From an uncultured Collinsella sp. (lineage in GTDB: Bacteria; Actinomycetota; Coriobacteriia; Coriobacteriales; Coriobacteriaceae): a stretch of DNA of 64,000 nt. The notes under the pieces were generated by a model, which saw only the letters and a list, made by a program, of their open reading frames with translations, did no database searches and was not told where the DNA came from. Both the position numbers and the translations under genes were made by a program. Below are positions 18,886-27,462 of this stretch, piece after piece; position 1 is the first letter of the stretch, and each line of letters opens with the position of its first letter. Location: positions 26,580-90,579 of the forward strand of contig UQWS01000007.1 in the NCBI GenBank assembly GCA_900544875.1, written 5' to 3'.

Positions 18886-19821
18886 CTAATTGACATGTTT
18901 TCCATTGTGACCGAAGGGTGTCTGGGCGTGAAGGGCAAACTTGGAGGGTGCATACCTTCCATCCATCATGCGCTCGATAAGACCCTCGAGCTCAAGCGAA
19001 CCCAGGAGCTTAAGTACGCCGACAGCATCGAGCGAGACGAGCGCCGCAATGTCGTCGACCTTGAGCGGAGAGGCGATGAGCGCATGCATCACGGTCTGCT
19101 GTGTTGGATCCAGGTCGGCAATGCCGGGAGCATCGGGGCGCGAGTAGCGCAGGGTGCCGTAGATGCGTGAGATAGCCATCTCGATAGATTCCTCGTCGAT
19201 GATGCAGCAAGTACCGTTCGCAATGAGGTAATTCGTGCCACGCGACTCGGGCGATAGGATCGACCCCGGCACGACAAGAAGTTCGCGCCCCAAATCCATA
19301 GCAGCCTCGGCTGTAGAAAACGTCCCGGAAGGCATACCCGCCTCGGAAACAAAGAGGGCTTGCGACAGGGCCGCGATCACGCGATTGCGGCGCGGAAAGG
19401 CAAACTTGCGCGGACCCATGCCCCACGGAGAGATCGACACGACCGCGCCACCCGTATCGAGCGTGCGCATAATAAGCCCCGCGCTCGAACGCGGGTAGAC
19501 CACGTCGGCGCCCGTCCCCAGCACCACGACGTGTTTGCCGCCGGCGTTGACCGCAGCCCAACCCGAGGCCTGGTCACAACCGACCGCGCCGCCCGAAACT
19601 ACCGTCACTCCCGCCTCGACCGCCACCTTTGCCGCAAGCTCTGCCACGGCAAGACCATACGGCGAGGCCTTGCGCGCGCCGATGATGGAGAGCGCGGGTG
19701 TCGAAAGCACCTCGGGATTGCCACGCACATAAAGCGTCTGGGGTACATCAGAAAGCTCCAAAACGGTCTCGGGATACAACGCATCACCTGGATGCAGCTC
19801 AAAGGTCCCCTCGGCTATCAT
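18886..19821 (-). CDS. dprA: DNA processing protein DprA/Smf
   Basis: SIIGARKAS.YG, VSGGAVGCD, FPRRNRVIA, C-terminal wHTH. Confidence 0.93.
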   Translation of the reverse strand: MIAEGTFELHPGDALYPETVLELSDVPQTLYVRGNPEVLSTPALSIIGARKASPYGLAVAELAAKVAVEAGVTVVSGGAVGCDQASGWAAVNAGGKHVVVLGTGADVVYPRSSAGLIMRTLDTGGAVVSISPWGMGPRKFAFPRRNRVIAALSQALFVSEAGMPSGTFSTAEAAMDLGRELLVVPGSILSPESRGTNYLIANGTCCIIDEESIEMAISRIYGTLRYSRPDAPGIADLDPTQQTVMHALIASPLKVDDIAALVSLDAVGVLKLLGSLELEGLIERMMDGRYAPSKFALHAQTPFGHNGKHVN

Positions 19822-21341
19822 TGGTCCCTCCTTCCCTGGTACATCGCCGCCTCGAGCACATGGTCCTGCGTCACCTGCTCGCTCTCGGCGACGTCAGCGA
19901 TTGTACGCGCGATGCGCACCAGGCGCACGATGCCGCGGCCCGTGAGATGCGTGCGTTTGGACAGGCCGAGTACGCATTTCTCGGCAGCATCATCGAGCTC
20001 AAAGGTCGAAACGACGCCGTCAATAGACCGTGTCTCGTCATCCTCGGCCTCGGCATCCGCATCGTCCATACGGGATTCGCGCCAGGCGCGAAAGGCGCGA
20101 CCGCGCACAACGTAGTCACGCAACTCGGCCGACGACATACCCTCCGCACCCTCGATAATCACTTGGGGGTCGGGACGGGTCACGTCGATCATCATGTCGA
20201 TACGGTCGGCCAAAGGACCGCGCAGTTTAGACCGATAGCGCTCGACCATCGCCGCCGAGCAGCGACACGGTACCTCACGATCGCCCAAAAAGCCGCAGGG
20301 GCAGGGATTGCTCGCAGCCAGCAGCTGAAAGCGCGACGGGAAGGTAAAAGCCCCGTCGACGCGTACGATCCTGACGTAGCCGCGCTCGATGGGCTGACGC
20401 AGCGTCTGCAGCACACCCGTGGGAAACTCGGCAAGCTCGTCCAAAAAGAGCACGCCGCCATGAGCAAGGCTGATCTCACCCGGGTGCACCGGGCGCCCAC
20501 CGCCGATAAGACCTGCGGTCGAAATACTGTGATGAGGACTGCGGAAGGGCCGGTGCCCCGCCAACAAGCCATCAATGTTCTCACCCAAAACCGAATGGAT
20601 GCACAGCGCCGCCTGTTGATCCTCAACGGAAAGCTCGGGCAGGATGCCGGTCATACGACGCGCGAGCATCGTCTTGCCCGATCCCGGGGACCCGATCATG
20701 AGCAAGCCGAGTTCTCCTGCCGCCGCAAGCGCCATGCCGCGTTTAGCGACTTCCTGCCCCAGCACGTCGGCATAGTCGAGCTCAGGCTCAAAGGTCGCCT
20801 CGAGCACTTCAGAATCCAGATAGTGCCGAGCCGCCTCGCCCATGCCATGGGCAAGCTGAGACAAATGATCGATAAAGCCGCAATCCACGCCCGCGAGTGG
20901 CACATGCTGGTCGGACCTGCCGGCGATAAAAGACAGCCCCATGTCGCGAGCCAATAGCTGAAACGCCACCTCGCCCTTGACAGGAAGCACCGTACCGTCC
21001 AAGCCAAGCTCGCCGGCGATAAGGCAGCGATCGAGGTTGTCACGGGGAATCTGACCATCGGCCGCTAGAACCGCGATGGCGATGGGCAGGTCAAAGCCGC
21101 TACCGGTCTTGCGGATATCGCCGGGCGCTAGGTTGACCGTAATGCCCGAGCGTGGGATCTCGAACCCGGCGGAGCGCATCGCACAGCGAATACGACCGCG
21201 TGACTCCATCACCTCCATGCTCGGAATGCCGAGCATTTGGATGCCCGGAACACCACCGGCAAGCGAGACCTCGACCGTGACGTGAATCGCCTCGACGCCA
21301 CGGATGCAGGCCGCGTGAACGGCAAACGTCTCGAACGCCAT
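19818..21341 (-). CDS. comM: ComM/YifB Mg-chelatase-like AAA+ ATPase
   Basis: ITVNLAP, GSPGSGKTM, FRSPHHS, GEISLAHGGVLFLDE, NPCPCG. Confidence 0.95.
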   Translation of the reverse strand: MAFETFAVHAACIRGVEAIHVTVEVSLAGGVPGIQMLGIPSMEVMESRGRIRCAMRSAGFEIPRSGITVNLAPGDIRKTGSGFDLPIAIAVLAADGQIPRDNLDRCLIAGELGLDGTVLPVKGEVAFQLLARDMGLSFIAGRSDQHVPLAGVDCGFIDHLSQLAHGMGEAARHYLDSEVLEATFEPELDYADVLGQEVAKRGMALAAAGELGLLMIGSPGSGKTMLARRMTGILPELSVEDQQAALCIHSVLGENIDGLLAGHRPFRSPHHSISTAGLIGGGRPVHPGEISLAHGGVLFLDELAEFPTGVLQTLRQPIERGYVRIVRVDGAFTFPSRFQLLAASNPCPCGFLGDREVPCRCSAAMVERYRSKLRGPLADRIDMMIDVTRPDPQVIIEGAEGMSSAELRDYVVRGRAFRAWRESRMDDADAEAEDDETRSIDGVVSTFELDDAAEKCVLGLSKRTHLTGRGIVRLVRIARTIADVAESEQVTQDHVLEAAMYQGRRDQ

Positions 21342-21826
21342 CACGACACCTGCCAATCGAACGCGTTGTACTGATGCTCGATCTCAGCGATATGCCCGCC
21401 ACGAATGGTGACACCCACGGCATCGAAGCGAATCGCCTTGAGCGGATAATGCTCCATGAGATAGCAACTTGCGATGCGGCGGTAGCGGCGTTGCTTTTGA
21501 GCGTCCACGGCCTCCTCGGGAAAGACCCGCGTGCTGCAATCCAGTGCAACGCGTCTGGTCTTGACCTCGGCCATCACCACGACATCGTCGAGCTCATCGA
21601 GCAGCACCAGATCGGCCTCGCCCTCGGTGCAACGATAACCCTGCTCCAGCAAGGTGTAGCCGCGCTCGTTAAAGTAGTCGATGGTGATCAGCTCGCCCAG
21701 CATGCCCAGCTCGCGGGGACTGAGTCCCTTGATAAACTCGGGCGTCATCGCCCCGCAGTCGAGCTCGCCGTTTTCCCAACGCTCCTTGAGCTGCTGCGTC
21801 TTGCTCTTTTTGCTTGCGGCACTCAT
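21341..21826 (-). CDS. yraN: YraN family PD-(D/E)xK nuclease
   Basis: GEADLV, EVKTR, IRFDAV; precedes comM. Confidence 0.85.
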   Translation of the reverse strand: MSAASKKSKTQQLKERWENGELDCGAMTPEFIKGLSPRELGMLGELITIDYFNERGYTLLEQGYRCTEGEADLVLLDELDDVVVMAEVKTRRVALDCSTRVFPEEAVDAQKQRRYRRIASCYLMEHYPLKAIRFDAVGVTIRGGHIAEIEHQYNAFDWQVS

Positions 21827-21924
21827 GGGGTCTCCTTTCCCGCACGCTGCATTGCCCCGATGATGAGGGCACCTTTCATGCGGGTAAGTACCGGAAGCAA
21901 ACCAAAAGCTGACCAAATGCCGTC

Positions 21925-21966
21925 AAAAAACGGGCCGTACGCAGCAATGGTGTTGCATACGGCCCG
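21925..21966 (-). terminator. Intrinsic terminator after rnhB
   Basis: cgggccgta/tacggcccg stem plus six T on minus strand. Confidence 0.8.
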
Positions 21967-22015
21967 CTACCAGCAGGTTTATAAAACCCCTGAGGTCCCT
22001 GTCTCCACAATTGAC

Positions 22016-22804
22016 CTAGAAAAGGCGCTCAGTCTGCAGAAAGTTTCCGCAAAAGCTCACGCGGTGCAGTGGACAAAGTCCATGTTTGCGAATGGCCTCG
22101 ATGTGCTCGGGGCTTGCGTAGCCTTTCGATTCGGCCAAATGGTACTCGGGATACTCGGCATCGTACTCGACCATCATCTCATCACGCGTGACCTTGGCCA
22201 TGATGGACGCCGCGGCGATACAGGCGATCTTGGCATCGCCCTTCACCACGTCGCGCTCGTTGGGAACGGCGCCCAAGGGGTTACCGTCCATAAGCACGCA
22301 ATCGGGCTCGAGCCCCGTATCGGCCACGGCGCCCGCGACAGCGGCTCGAATGGCGCGGGCCATGCCCATCTCATCGATATCCTTAGGCGCGATATGGCAA
22401 AAACCAATTGCCGTCGCCACCTCGGCAATCTTCACTGAGAGCAACTCGCGGCGCGCCGGCGTGAGCTTTTTGGAATCGTTGATGCCCCAGACGCGCGGCT
22501 CCATAGGAAGGCAGACGGCGCATACCGTCAAAGGACCGGCCACCGATCCGCGACCCACCTCATCGACACCAACGACCACCCCATCGCCGCCAAGCTCATG
22601 CATAAGCTCGTACATGTCATTGACGCGCTCGCGCTCGGCAAGTTCCTTGGCATGGCGCTTAAGAGCACGCTCGCAAGCCTTGATCACCTGCTGGCGCGGG
22701 TCCTCGCGATAATGCTCCACGAGGGCGGGGATCTCCTCAAACGTAGCGCTCGCCAACTCACCGGCAACCTGCGATGCCGAAACCGAGCTCGTCATATTGG
22801 CCAT
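22016..22804 (-). CDS. rnhB: Ribonuclease HII
   Basis: GVDEVGRG, DSKKL, IAAASIMAKVTRD. Confidence 0.96.
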   Translation of the reverse strand: MANMTSSVSASQVAGELASATFEEIPALVEHYREDPRQQVIKACERALKRHAKELAERERVNDMYELMHELGGDGVVVGVDEVGRGSVAGPLTVCAVCLPMEPRVWGINDSKKLTPARRELLSVKIAEVATAIGFCHIAPKDIDEMGMARAIRAAVAGAVADTGLEPDCVLMDGNPLGAVPNERDVVKGDAKIACIAAASIMAKVTRDEMMVEYDAEYPEYHLAESKGYASPEHIEAIRKHGLCPLHRVSFCGNFLQTERLF

Positions 22805-22833
22805 ACCAGGCCCTCCTTGCATGCAAATCAGAT

Positions 22834-22863
22834 AAAAAGAAGGGCCACCCGAAGGTGACCCTT
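22834..22863 (-). terminator. Terminator after rplS
   Basis: aagggtcacc-ttcg-ggtggccctt followed by ctttt on minus strand. Confidence 0.8.
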
Positions 22864-22897
22864 GTGTCCAAACGAGTGGACAGACGCTGCGATCTTC

Positions 22898-23239
22898 TTA
22901 GCGCTTCTCGGGGATGCGAGCAGCCTTGCCCACCTTGTCGCGGAGGTAGTACAGCTTGGCGCGACGGACGCGACCATGACGAACGACCTCGAGCTTGGCG
23001 ATCTTGGGGCTGTGAAGCGGGAAGGTACGCTCAACACCGACACCGAAGGACATCTTGCGGACGGTGAAGGTCTCGCGGGCACCGGCGCCGGCCATGCGGA
23101 TGACGTCGCCCTGGAAGACCTGAATGCGCTCGCGGTCGCCTTCCTTAATGCGGTAGTGAACCTTGACGTTGTCGGCGACGCGAACCTGAGGAATGTCCTC
23201 GCGGATCTGCTGACGCTCGATTGCGCGGATGTAATCCAT
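22898..23239 (-). CDS. rplS: 50S ribosomal protein L19
   Basis: [34 protein letters not shown]. Confidence 0.98.
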   Translation of the reverse strand: MDYIRAIERQQIREDIPQVRVADNVKVHYRIKEGDRERIQVFQGDVIRMAGAGARETFTVRKMSFGVGVERTFPLHSPKIAKLEVVRHGRVRRAKLYYLRDKVGKAARIPEKR

Positions 23240-23382
23240 GTGCAATTCCTTACTCTTCTAGAGGTGCCGTACCACCTTGGCCGGCACGTAGTTGAACAAA
23301 CGTATTTGAGTATACACGCGCGGGTTTCTGCTGCAAGAACATTTTTTCACGCAGACAAAAAGACAAAACCCGCACATGATAA

Positions 23383-23410
23383 CCGCCCGTCTCACGAATG
23401 AGACGGGCGG
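23383..23410 (-). terminator. Hairpin after ppdK
   Basis: ccgcccgtctca/tgagacgggcgg perfect 12-bp stem. Confidence 0.75.
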
Positions 23411-23453
23411 CATGAAGGGGGGCTACGCTAGGCGTCGATGCGCAGGGGGGGGG

Positions 23454-26204
23454 CTAGGCGTTGCGCTTGGCCTCGAGCTTGGCCAGAGCGGCAGCTAGGC
23501 GCGCGAGGGGCACGCGGTAGGGCGAGCAGGACACATAGTCCACATCGGCCACGTTAAACAGGCCCTTGATGGACTTGGGGTCGCCGCCGTGCTCGCCGCA
23601 CACGCCAAAGTGCATGCCAGGGTTGGTGGCGCGACCCTTTTCGACGGCCATGCGCACGAGCTCCAGCACCGCCGTATCGATGGTCTCGAAGGGGTTGTCC
23701 TTCAGGATCTTCTTGTGCAGGTACAGCGGGATGAACTTAGCCTCGGCGTCGTCGCGCGAGAAGCCAAAGGTCGTCTGGGTGAGGTCGTTGGTGCCAAAGC
23801 AGAAGAAATCTGCGTGATGGGCGATCTCGTCGGCGACCATGCAGGCGCGCGGCAGCTCGAGCATCGTGCCCACGGGAATGTTGAGCTCAACGCCCTCTTC
23901 AGCGGAAACCTCGGCGATTACGCGCTCAATGACCTCGCGGGTCTGAACATGCTCGGCCGTGATGGAGACGAGCGGAACCATGATCTCGGGGCGCGGGTCG
24001 ACGCCCTCCTTGATAAGGCGGGCAGCAGCCGTGGCGACGGCGCGAACCTGCATGAGAGGCAGATCGCTAAAGACGACGGACAGGCGCACGCCGCGCAAGC
24101 CCAGCATGGGGTTGGACTCGACCATGCCGTCAATGCGACGCAGGCGGGCGCGCAGGGCAGTGAGCTCCTCCTCGGGAGCGCCGGCGGCCTCCTTCTTGGT
24201 GATGGCGACCTCGAGCTCGCGAGGATTATCCAGGAACTCATGAAGCGGCGGATCGAGCAGGCGGACGACCACATCGCGACCGGACATGGTCTTGAACATC
24301 GCCAGGAAGTCCTCGGTCTGAACCTTGAGCAGGTCGGCCAGGGCCTGCTGCTTCACGGCCTCATCGTCGGACAGGATAAAGCTCTGGATGATGTTCTTGC
24401 GATCGCCCAGGAACATGTGCTCGGTGCGGCACAGACCGATGGCCTCGGCGCCAAACTCAAGAGCGAGCTCGGCATCCTCGGGGTTGTCGGCGTTGACGCG
24501 CACGTGGTTGGCGTGACCGTCGGTCTCGTCCAAACGGATCTCATCGGCCCAGGACAGGATGGAGTCCAGGTCGCCGGTGAGCTCTGCAGAGACCAGGTCG
24601 ACCGCGCCGTCGACGACGATACCCTGGGTGCCGTCGATGGAGATGACATCACCCTCGCGCAGCACGCGGTCGCTGCCCTCGATGTGCACGACCTTCTCGG
24701 CAGCGTCGATATGGAAGCGCTCGACACCGCAGACGCAGGGCGTACCCATGCCGCGGGCGATAACGGCGGCATGGCTCGTCTTGCCGCCATGGCTGGTCAG
24801 GATGCCCTCGGCGGCGACCATGCCCTTCAGGTCGTCGGGGTTGGTCTCCCAGCGGACCAGAATGACCTTGTGGCCCTCGGCGGAACGCGCGACGGCGTCA
24901 TCACTCGAGAACACGACCTCGCCCACGGCGGCACCAGGGCTGGCGTTAAGGCCGCTGGCCAAGGCCTCGTACTTCTTGGAGGCGTCGAACTGCGGGTGCA
25001 GGAGTTGGTCGAGCTGCGCGGGATCGATGCGGCTCACAGCCTCCTCGCGGGTGATCAGGCCCTCCTCGACCATTTCGATAGCAATGCGCAGGGCGGCAGT
25101 GGCGGTGCGCTTGCCCACGCGGGTCTGGAGCATCCAGAGCTTGCCCTGCTCGATGGTGAACTCGATATCGCACATATCGCGGTAATGATCCTCGAGCGTC
25201 AGGAACACGCGCTCGAGCTCCTCGCCTGCGGACTCGAGGCCCGAGGTGGTCTTGAGGTCGGCGATGGGCTCGGTGTTTCGGATGCCGGCGACGACGTCCT
25301 CGCCCTGGGCATTCACCAAAAAGTCGCCATAGAACTCCTTGGTGCCGTCGGCCGGGTTGCGCGTAAAGGCGACGCCGGTCGCAGAGGTCTCGCCCTTGTT
25401 GCCAAAGGCCATGGCCTGGACGTTGACGGCGGTGCCGAGCTCGTCGGAAATGCCGTGCTGCTTGCGGTAGATGCAGGCGCGCTCGTTCATCCAGCTGCCA
25501 AAGACGGCCTGGATGGCAAGGCGCAGCTGGAGCTCCGGATCGTGCGGGAAGACGGGCTTACCGTCGGCGACCTCGAGCTCGGGATACAGGGTCGCCTCGA
25601 CGTTATCGGAGAAAATACCCTTGAACGTCTCGACAAGCTCCTGCAGGTCCTCGGCCGAAAGCTCGGAATCGACGCGAACGCCGGCGACCAGGCGGGCCTG
25701 GGTCAGGGCATTCTCGAACAAGTCGGCATCGACACCCATGACGACGTTGGAGAACATCTGGATAAAGCGGCGGTAGCTATCCCAGGCAAAGCGCGGGTTT
25801 TGCGTCTGGGCGATAAGGCCCTGGACGGAATCGTCGTTGAGGCCCAGGTTGAGAACCGTGTCCATCATGCCGGGCATGGAGAACGGAGCGCCCGAGCGGA
25901 CCGACACGAGCAGCGGATCGGAGGCATCGCCGAGCTTCTTGCCGCAGCGGGCCTCGAGGTCGACCTCGGCGGCAACGATCTCGTCGAGCGCGCCCTCCGG
26001 CCACACGTTGCCGGCGCCGGAGTACTCAACGCAAGTCTGGCAGGTAATGGTAAAGCCACCGGGAACCGGCAGGCCGATACGGCTCATCTCGGCAAGGTTA
26101 GCGCCCTTGCCACCAAGCACGAAGTTCATGGACTTGTCGCCCTCGGTGACACAGGTGCCCTGGGCGTCGGTTCCAAAACGGTAAACCCTCTTGCAATCGC
26201 TCAC
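23454..26204 (-). CDS. ppdK: Pyruvate, phosphate dikinase
   Basis: LGGKGANLAEM, LLVSVRSGA, GGKTSHAAV, GLCRTEHM, GVCGEHGG. Confidence 0.98.
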   Translation of the reverse strand: MSDCKRVYRFGTDAQGTCVTEGDKSMNFVLGGKGANLAEMSRIGLPVPGGFTITCQTCVEYSGAGNVWPEGALDEIVAAEVDLEARCGKKLGDASDPLLVSVRSGAPFSMPGMMDTVLNLGLNDDSVQGLIAQTQNPRFAWDSYRRFIQMFSNVVMGVDADLFENALTQARLVAGVRVDSELSAEDLQELVETFKGIFSDNVEATLYPELEVADGKPVFPHDPELQLRLAIQAVFGSWMNERACIYRKQHGISDELGTAVNVQAMAFGNKGETSATGVAFTRNPADGTKEFYGDFLVNAQGEDVVAGIRNTEPIADLKTTSGLESAGEELERVFLTLEDHYRDMCDIEFTIEQGKLWMLQTRVGKRTATAALRIAIEMVEEGLITREEAVSRIDPAQLDQLLHPQFDASKKYEALASGLNASPGAAVGEVVFSSDDAVARSAEGHKVILVRWETNPDDLKGMVAAEGILTSHGGKTSHAAVIARGMGTPCVCGVERFHIDAAEKVVHIEGSDRVLREGDVISIDGTQGIVVDGAVDLVSAELTGDLDSILSWADEIRLDETDGHANHVRVNADNPEDAELALEFGAEAIGLCRTEHMFLGDRKNIIQSFILSDDEAVKQQALADLLKVQTEDFLAMFKTMSGRDVVVRLLDPPLHEFLDNPRELEVAITKKEAAGAPEEELTALRARLRRIDGMVESNPMLGLRGVRLSVVFSDLPLMQVRAVATAAARLIKEGVDPRPEIMVPLVSITAEHVQTREVIERVIAEVSAEEGVELNIPVGTMLELPRACMVADEIAHHADFFCFGTNDLTQTTFGFSRDDAEAKFIPLYLHKKILKDNPFETIDTAVLELVRMAVEKGRATNPGMHFGVCGEHGGDPKSIKGLFNVADVDYVSCSPYRVPLARLAAALAKLEAKRNA

Positions 26205-26462
26205 GATACTTCCCCTTCCATGCGCTTACGCGCACGACCGTGGTAACGAATCGACCCGCCGGATGCAGGCCGTGAGGGAACTATACGGCGGGTTTTGGGC
26301 AGGCTTGAGCAGAGGGTGCGCGGTTTGGTAAACGTGCTAAAACAGGCGGTAAACGGTAGGTAAAGTTGGTTATCTTATGAAGATACCACTACAAGAAGAA
26401 TGCAGGTCAGATGCGATATTTTTGCTAAATCGCTTTATCAATTCAGGCTATTTAGCCACTCC

Positions 26463-26542
26463 GATGATTTTTCTGGGACGGGGATTAAAAAAATCATTGA
26501 GTACCTAATGATTTTTTTAATCCCCGTCCCAGAAAAATCATC
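26463..26542. repeat. Perfect 36-bp inverted repeat with 8-nt spacer; each arm is itself a hairpin
   Basis: gatgatttttctgggacggggattaaaaaaatcatt (26463-26498) and its exact reverse complement (26507-26542). Confidence 0.95.
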
Positions 26543-26552
26543 ACAGAAAGGA

Positions 26553-27428
26553 CTACTGCTGTTGAGCGCGGCGGGCGGCACGGCGGGCTCTTGCCTCTTG
26601 AATCTCTTCGAGGTGAGCAATGATCTCGGCAGCGCTTTCCTCGATGGCTTTGCCGTCGGTACGCACTACAAAGCAGCCCAGGCGTTTCATGAGCGCGCGG
26701 GCTTCCGCAAGCTCACTACGCACGCTCTCGGGCTCGGCATAGGAGCCTGCGACGGCGCGGGCGTAGTCGTCGCCCAAGCGGCTATCGCGAATCTCGGAAA
26801 TCACATCGACGGTCGAAATCAAGCCGAACAGGCGCATCGGGTCAACCTCGTAAATCGACTTGGGCGGCTCCATGCCATGCGCCAGTGGGACATTGGCGAC
26901 CTTGTAGCCCTGATAGGCTAAATACATCGACAGCGGCGTCTTGGATGTACGCGACACACCCAGCAGCACGATATCGGCACCCGACAGATCGTCGCAACCA
27001 CGACCGTCATCGTGCTCAACGAAATACTCCATGGCCTCGATACGATGGAAATAGCGGTCATCGGTCTTGTGAATCACGCCCGCAACGCACTTGGGCGGCA
27101 CACCGATGAGCGACGACAGCACGGCAAGCGTCGGGCCGATCAGGTCGACCGAACGGATATGCAGCATACCCAGGTAATCGAGCACGCGGGCGCGAAGCGC
27201 CGGATCGACAATGGTATGGAACACGGCGACATCGCGATGGTCGGCATCGACGCGCGGCCCCACAAATGACTTGACCTGCTCCACCGAGGTCACCTTGGGC
27301 AGGCGCAAGAGACGAAAAGCCCCTTCATCAAATTGCCCGGACGCCGCAAGCACCACCTCACAAGCGGTATCGCCGAGCGAATCGGAGATAACGATAACGG
27401 TGGGACGAGCGGTGACCGGGCAATCCAT
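26553..27428 (-). CDS. PPDK/PEP synthase regulatory kinase-pyrophosphorylase (DUF299)
   Basis: ISDSLGDTA, HDDG, LGVSRTSKTPLSMYLA, KVANVPL; adjacent to ppdK. Confidence 0.95.
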   Translation of the reverse strand: MDCPVTARPTVIVISDSLGDTACEVVLAASGQFDEGAFRLLRLPKVTSVEQVKSFVGPRVDADHRDVAVFHTIVDPALRARVLDYLGMLHIRSVDLIGPTLAVLSSLIGVPPKCVAGVIHKTDDRYFHRIEAMEYFVEHDDGRGCDDLSGADIVLLGVSRTSKTPLSMYLAYQGYKVANVPLAHGMEPPKSIYEVDPMRLFGLISTVDVISEIRDSRLGDDYARAVAGSYAEPESVRSELAEARALMKRLGCFVVRTDGKAIEESAAEIIAHLEEIQEARARRAARRAQQQ

Positions 27429-27462
27429 GCGGGGCTCCTTTTGCGCTTATGCGCAGGCTGGC

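Noticed and set aside
21848..21859. 12-mer matching the reverse complement of 2436-2447
   Set aside because: Isolated 12-mer matches are expected by chance in 64 kb
23445..23453. G9 homopolymer as a phase-variation tract
   Set aside because: Lies just after the ppdK stop codon, outside any coding or promoter sequence
26400..26921. Short ORFs on both strands sharing DDFSGTGIKKII
   Set aside because: Artefact of translating the perfect palindrome
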